63,986 bases of DNA from Phoronis australis. Its lineage: Eukaryota; Animalia; Phoronida. The position numbers were made by a program, and so were the translations under genes. Below the pieces are notes generated by a model. The model saw only the letters and a list, made by a program, of their open reading frames with translations, was not told where the DNA came from and did not search any database. The stretch's first letter is position 1. Every line of letters starts with the position of its first letter. The DNA is taken from the NCBI GenBank assembly GCA_002633005.1, contig NMRA01000737.1, positions 11,266 through 75,251 on the forward strand, read 5' to 3'. Shown one piece after another: positions 43,301 through 49,300 of this stretch.

Positions 43301-46300
43301 TAAGTTCCCCATTTTGAGAACCAGTTTAATTCGTGTTATTCCTAGAAGAAAACTGGTTCTCTTTCTAAATTTGATAAGTTGCTCTCCTCATCCAGGTCGT
43401 TGTGGAGAATGTGGTGACGTCCGTCACCTTTGGCACGGTGCTAGTCTACGATGTTGACGCTCTCAACACATTCACTATCACAATAGATGAGACTGGCCTC
43501 AACGAGACACAGTTCAAACTGGAGACTAAAGAAGTGAAAGACTTCGAGAGCATCAAAAAACATATCGTGGTCCCGTTCACCATGTCGTACGTGACCACAT
43601 GGTACGCCATCGAGGTCAAGGTCAACTTCCCGAAGGGTTACTATGGTAACCTTACCATGGGTTTGATGGCAAAAGACCAGGATGGTGTCTTCTCAGGAGG
43701 TGAGTGCGGGCACTAGCGCAATGTGCAATACTGCATCATTTGTTCTTTTGACAGAAGATTCATCTTTTGATCAGTAAACCATGATTGGACGCTGAAATGG
43801 GCATTTTTTGAGTCGAGAAACCTACATTGTAATAATTGTGTGTTCGTGCATGTTTGTTTCAAGGATATTGCCAGGATGTCGAGGTGATGTTGAGGAATGG
43901 CACTACATCTGATATATAAATCTGCTTCGCGGGTAGTGTGGTCACCCTTTGCTGTCCTCTAGTTCCACTTTGATGGGGGTCTGACCACCCTTTGCTGTTC
44001 CTACTGTTCCTAGCTACGCGAGCACCATGTCATCGGAAATGGTTGTTGAAGCAAAAATGGCTTTTGACTTACTTGTTCAGGTTTTTCATCACAGCCAAAC
44101 AAATTTGGACAAAATTTGTCAACTATTTGAAGCAACTGAACTTCAAGGTTCATTCATAGGCGATTGTAAATGAAACAAGAAAAGTGAAAACCATTTAAAT
44201 GCGCCTACGACTACGTCACAAATGTTATGCTTTTCGAGCTATTGCAGTGTATATGCCAAATTTCATGAACATCCATAAACTTAAAGAACTTGTCTGAAAA
44301 GTTTCACGAATATCCATTGATGGGTTTTTGAAAATAAGTAGCAGATGATAGATATGACGGCGTAACGCGGCCACGCATAATTAAAAATGGTTATTGAACT
44401 CTAGTTTTCTACCCTTTTTCAGGTATTTACTTGAATGTCTATGTTCGTGACAACCCTTGTGTCCATGGCAACTGTAGTGGTCCACCAATAGTCAAGCCTC
44501 CCTGTGTCCAAGGCAATTGCAGTCTTTCATGCAACCCTGGCAACTGCTCAGCCTCCTGTGTAAGGGGTAACTGTTCTGCCAACTGTGACTTTGGTAACTG
44601 TACTGGATGTAGTCCAGGGAATTGTCATGCTAACTGCACGGTGTTACCAGAATGTGTGCCGTGTTTCAACGCCAGCTTGAACGCCAGTTGTCCCAGCCAA
44701 TGCACTGTTCTTGGATGCCACAACTGTACACTGGGAACGTGTGGCGACTGTTACCCTGGCAACTGCACTGACTGTGTTCGCAGCAACTGCTCCAACTGTG
44801 ACTTTGGAAACTGCACAGAGCACTACGCCACCTGTGTGAAAGGCTACTGCCCTCCAAGCACTGGGGATCCTTTCTGTACAACCAAAGATCGTGCATATGG
44901 CTTCCATAATATGGGGTATTCCTGCAAGTGTGAATTAGGTTACACAGGTGGGTGGGGCTGTCTATGACTGGGGTTATATGTTGTTCCAGACATGGATTTT
45001 TCTTATACCCTGTATTGATGTGTTACCTGGAATGATGAAGGTGCTCTGCCTTTTGCTTTAACTGAAACTGGATTACATAGGCGTACACTGTGCACCAATA
45101 CTGGTCTCAGAAAATGATGTTGAAAACAAATGTATAACAGGCAGAACTCCCTGACCTGATGGTTGAGTACAAACGCAATTCACTTTCAAAGTAACTGTGA
45201 TGACGACACGGAATTTTGTCGAGTTATTATTTTTGTTTATTCTGGATATCAATGAAAAGATAACACTGAAAGAAGATTAATAGTAATTAACAACTCTGTA
45301 ATTACTTTATTAATTTGCAATTTTGTTGTGAATTTTTTCTTACTTCATAGAAGGTGAAGTTTGCCATCATTCAGCTGTGGCAGCCATTTTTAGATGCACC
45401 CCAAGGATTTGAAATAGTGATCTCGTTATGTTACTGAAAATTCGTTTTGTTACATTTGAGAATAAGATTTACATGACTTGTCTGGTTCATTATTTATTTG
45501 GCTTTGATGGAGGTTTTTATCTCATAGAAGCTTCAAAAGTATCTTTAAAGAAGTCATGGCAGTACAGCCAGTGATGCTGAATAGACTGAGGATTACAAGA
45601 AAGTAAAAACTCTGATGGCCGCAGACTAGTAAGGGTTTTGTTGTCAGGAATTAGACGTAATTGATGCAAACTTTGAACCATATGACTGACGAGAGCTTAA
45701 TTATGCTATAGTTATGTATTGCTGTAAGATTTGAAAAGAATGTACAACATAATACCAGTAATGAATGATGAGTGCTTAGTTTTATCACTCCAGGTAAACA
45801 TTGTGAAATTGAGGTCAACGAGTGCACGTCCAACCCTTGTCCGAACTACCACTTATGTGTTAATCACGTGGCATACTACGATTGCGTGTTTGACCGTCAG
45901 GCCGTGGACGCCACCATCTCCGCTATGTTAACTGGTGTTGGTGCTGGTGTTGGTGTCCTCGCATTTATCCTCCTGGTGGCCATTGCTGCTGTTACCATTT
46001 TCCTGTGCCGCAGAAGGTAAGAGAGGATAACATAAACCAGGAATTTTGAATAGAGTATGACACACTTCATGTTTGACGGCTTTTATTCTTCCCATGAAGG
46101 TTAATGTGAAGATGTAATAAGAAAGCTTAGTCAAAGGTCAAAGGTGAAACATAAATTTTCCCACCTGCAAATATTCTATGAAATGTAAGTCTTTGAGACA
46201 GGAAGCTTGTTTGATACATACCCTTCCCATTTTTATGCGCCCACACATTGATGTGTGGGCGCATTATGCCGTCATCTCCGTCCGTCCGGGTGGCGTCCGT

Positions 46301-49300
46301 CTGGCGTCCGTCTGGCGTCCGGCGTCCGCTGCTCTATTTCCAAAACCCTTTGACTTACGTTCATGAAATTTGGCACATAATGTTCCATTATTCATAAATG
46401 GGACGGCATGAGCGAACTTTCGGACGGATCCGACTACCGGTGTGCCCCCTAGTGGCAATTTTAGTTATTTACGCTTACCTTTGTATCTTCAAAAGTCCTG
46501 AACAGATTTTCATGAAATTCGGTATATAGGCATCTATTAGTGAGATGACACTATCCTCCCGTTTTCGGATGGATTCGACGTAGTTTGCGCCACCTAGTTG
46601 CCATTTTTACTGTTTTGCGTCCACCCCTTTATCAACCAAACCGCTCAAAGAATGATTGTGAAAATTGGCATGTATGTGGTTACTATGCAGAGAACGGTTG
46701 ACGATGATTTTCCGACGATTTCGACTACTGTGGCACCTCCTAGTGGCAGTTTTGTTTTTTAGGCGCCTATGGCTGTATCTCCTAAACCGTTCGCAGGATC
46801 TTTACGAAATTTAGTAAGTGTATTTATATGATGTTGACTACAGATGACGACGACTTTTGGACAGATCTGACTACTGCTGTGCCCCCTAGTTGCAATTTTA
46901 TTTTTTTTATGTTTAATCTTCGAAGGTCCTCAACAGATTTTCATAAAATTTTAAATATAGGCATCTATTGGTGTGATAACGCTATCTTCCTGTTTTTGGA
47001 TGGAATGAGGTATTTTGCACCACCTATTGGGCATTTTTTGCTGTTTTCAAATCTTTTTTTTGTAGTCCACCCCTGTATCAACCAAATCATTTGAAAATTG
47101 GCATATATGTTCTCAGTGTGAAGATGACCTTTGATGACAGTGGCGCCTCCTAGTGGTAGTTTTGTTTTGCGCCCATACTTGTATCTCCTAAACCCACTGC
47201 AGGATCTTTACTAAATTTAGTAAGTGTATTTATATGAAGTTGACAACAGACGACGATGACTTTCAGGCAGATCCAACGGACTCTGTGCCCACTAGTGCTA
47301 ATTTCATTTTATTCTGTTTTTCTTTGTTTCTCTGAAGTTCCTTCACAGATTTTTATGAAATATGGCATGTTCTTGTTTTTGAATGGATTGTATGTTTTTG
47401 CGCCATCTAGTGGCCATTTTTATGACCATTTGCAATGCATTCTTGGGAGCATTTCACTGCTCCTCTTTGCTCTTGTTAAAATTATACGTTGAGTGAATTT
47501 TAAGGTGCTACTAAAATGGTAAAATCAACTGAAGCTTAAGTCAAGGAATAAAGGATTATGTCTGTCATAAGTATGTTGTTTCACTTGAGGGGGCTGTATG
47601 ACATAATTGTGAAATTTTATTTTCATTATCGAAATTTTCAACAATAATAAGGAGGAAGAAATGGTGACGTCATTATTCGCCCGGTATATTTTGTACTATC
47701 CACCTAGTAACAAACATGCAATGAAATTTTGGGCGTTTTCAACAATACAGGAAGCTTTTTGAAATTCATTGGAAAAATGTAGAATTTTAATGTAACAATC
47801 TCAGTCTATGATTTTTCTTGTATGTTACCATCAGTTTTGTACCAGGTGGAGTAATAATGAATTTTGACCCTTGCTACTGCAGATATTGTGTGCTGCAAAA
47901 GTTAATGGTAATGGCTATACAAAATGACCAGGAATATCTACTGACCACAAGTAGAACGATTACTGCGATGTGATTTGGACTTAAATAGAATGTATTTTCA
48001 TCACATTATCAATTTCAAGATATTTTTCAGGTTCACATTGCCATGGGGCCATTTTGGTTCTTGAAATTTTTAAGAAATTGTGTGTTTGGAATAGTCAGTG
48101 TTGGTCGAAAATGCGGTTTGTCGCATAGGCCGGTAATAATTTTCATAGGTGCTTATTTGTCAATGAATGTGATGTATAAACATTGGCCTATTTAATTGTT
48201 AGAATTTATGATTGGAATGTTGTTTTTTTTGTCAGAATGACGCCTCATGAAATCTGGAAATACACAAAATTCATACCTTTGATTGTTTTAGATGCGCCCA
48301 CAAGGCTCTCAGCGAATCATCGTCTGAGTTGAACAAGAAGGTCACATCCGAACCATCAACGAGCAAATTAAGCGAAGAGGAGTCTCATGGCTCCGTCTTC
48401 ACTGGTCAGTTGAACTCTCGCTTTGTGATGCCCAAGTTCAAGAACACGTTCTCTAAGTATACCAAGTACTTTGGAGGCTCGCGACGCAAGAAAAGGGAAT
48501 CAACCAATGACTTGTGAGTAGTATGCGCCTTTACTTGTGTAGGTAGACCTCTGTGCATCATTAAGCCAGTGACACCCCAGGGGCCGACTTGAAATTTGTC
48601 GACGAATAGAAGAGCATAGTCATTGCCAGCTTTTGTGTAATATCTACCATGTTCGATTGAACTGTCACTCCCAAAGTTTCCAAGTTTTCTCTTTTAACCC
48701 CCTAATTTGTACGATCGATTCTTCTTTAAATGCGGTTTGTCTGTGAACAGCTATCTCACAGGGTGTCAAGTTTCCAATTTTTCCTATCCTTCCTATTTTT
48801 CACTCATTCATGGTGAGTCCAAATAAAAGGCCAATAATAAATGGTTGTTTCTCATAGCTTACACTTAACTCCGTTGAGCTTAAATTAATAGATTCTGCTG
48901 AGTTAGCTGAACTGATTTGGTTGAGCTTCAAACACATTACAACTGGGAGATCTAGTTGTGTTAGTGCATTCTTGAAAATTGGAGGTACAAGAGCAATTAC
49001 CTTTCCGACTATACCCCCCTAAAGATTGGTATCGGTGAAGCAACCATGGTAGACGTCTCTACTCTGAAGGAAACTATTCGGTTTTATGATCTTGTGGATG
49101 GCAAGCCTAGACTATTCCATTGACGAAGGCACTCAGATTGGCCTACAAATCTGCACAAGTCAAATAATCGGGCAGAACTAGGAGGAGAGAGACAAGAACA
49201 GGAACAATTAGGCACAAAAGTGGAACAGGAGAAAGAGCAGGAACAGTTGAAACATGCGAAAAAAACACTTTTTGAGTCACAAGACGATTTCGTTTAAAAG

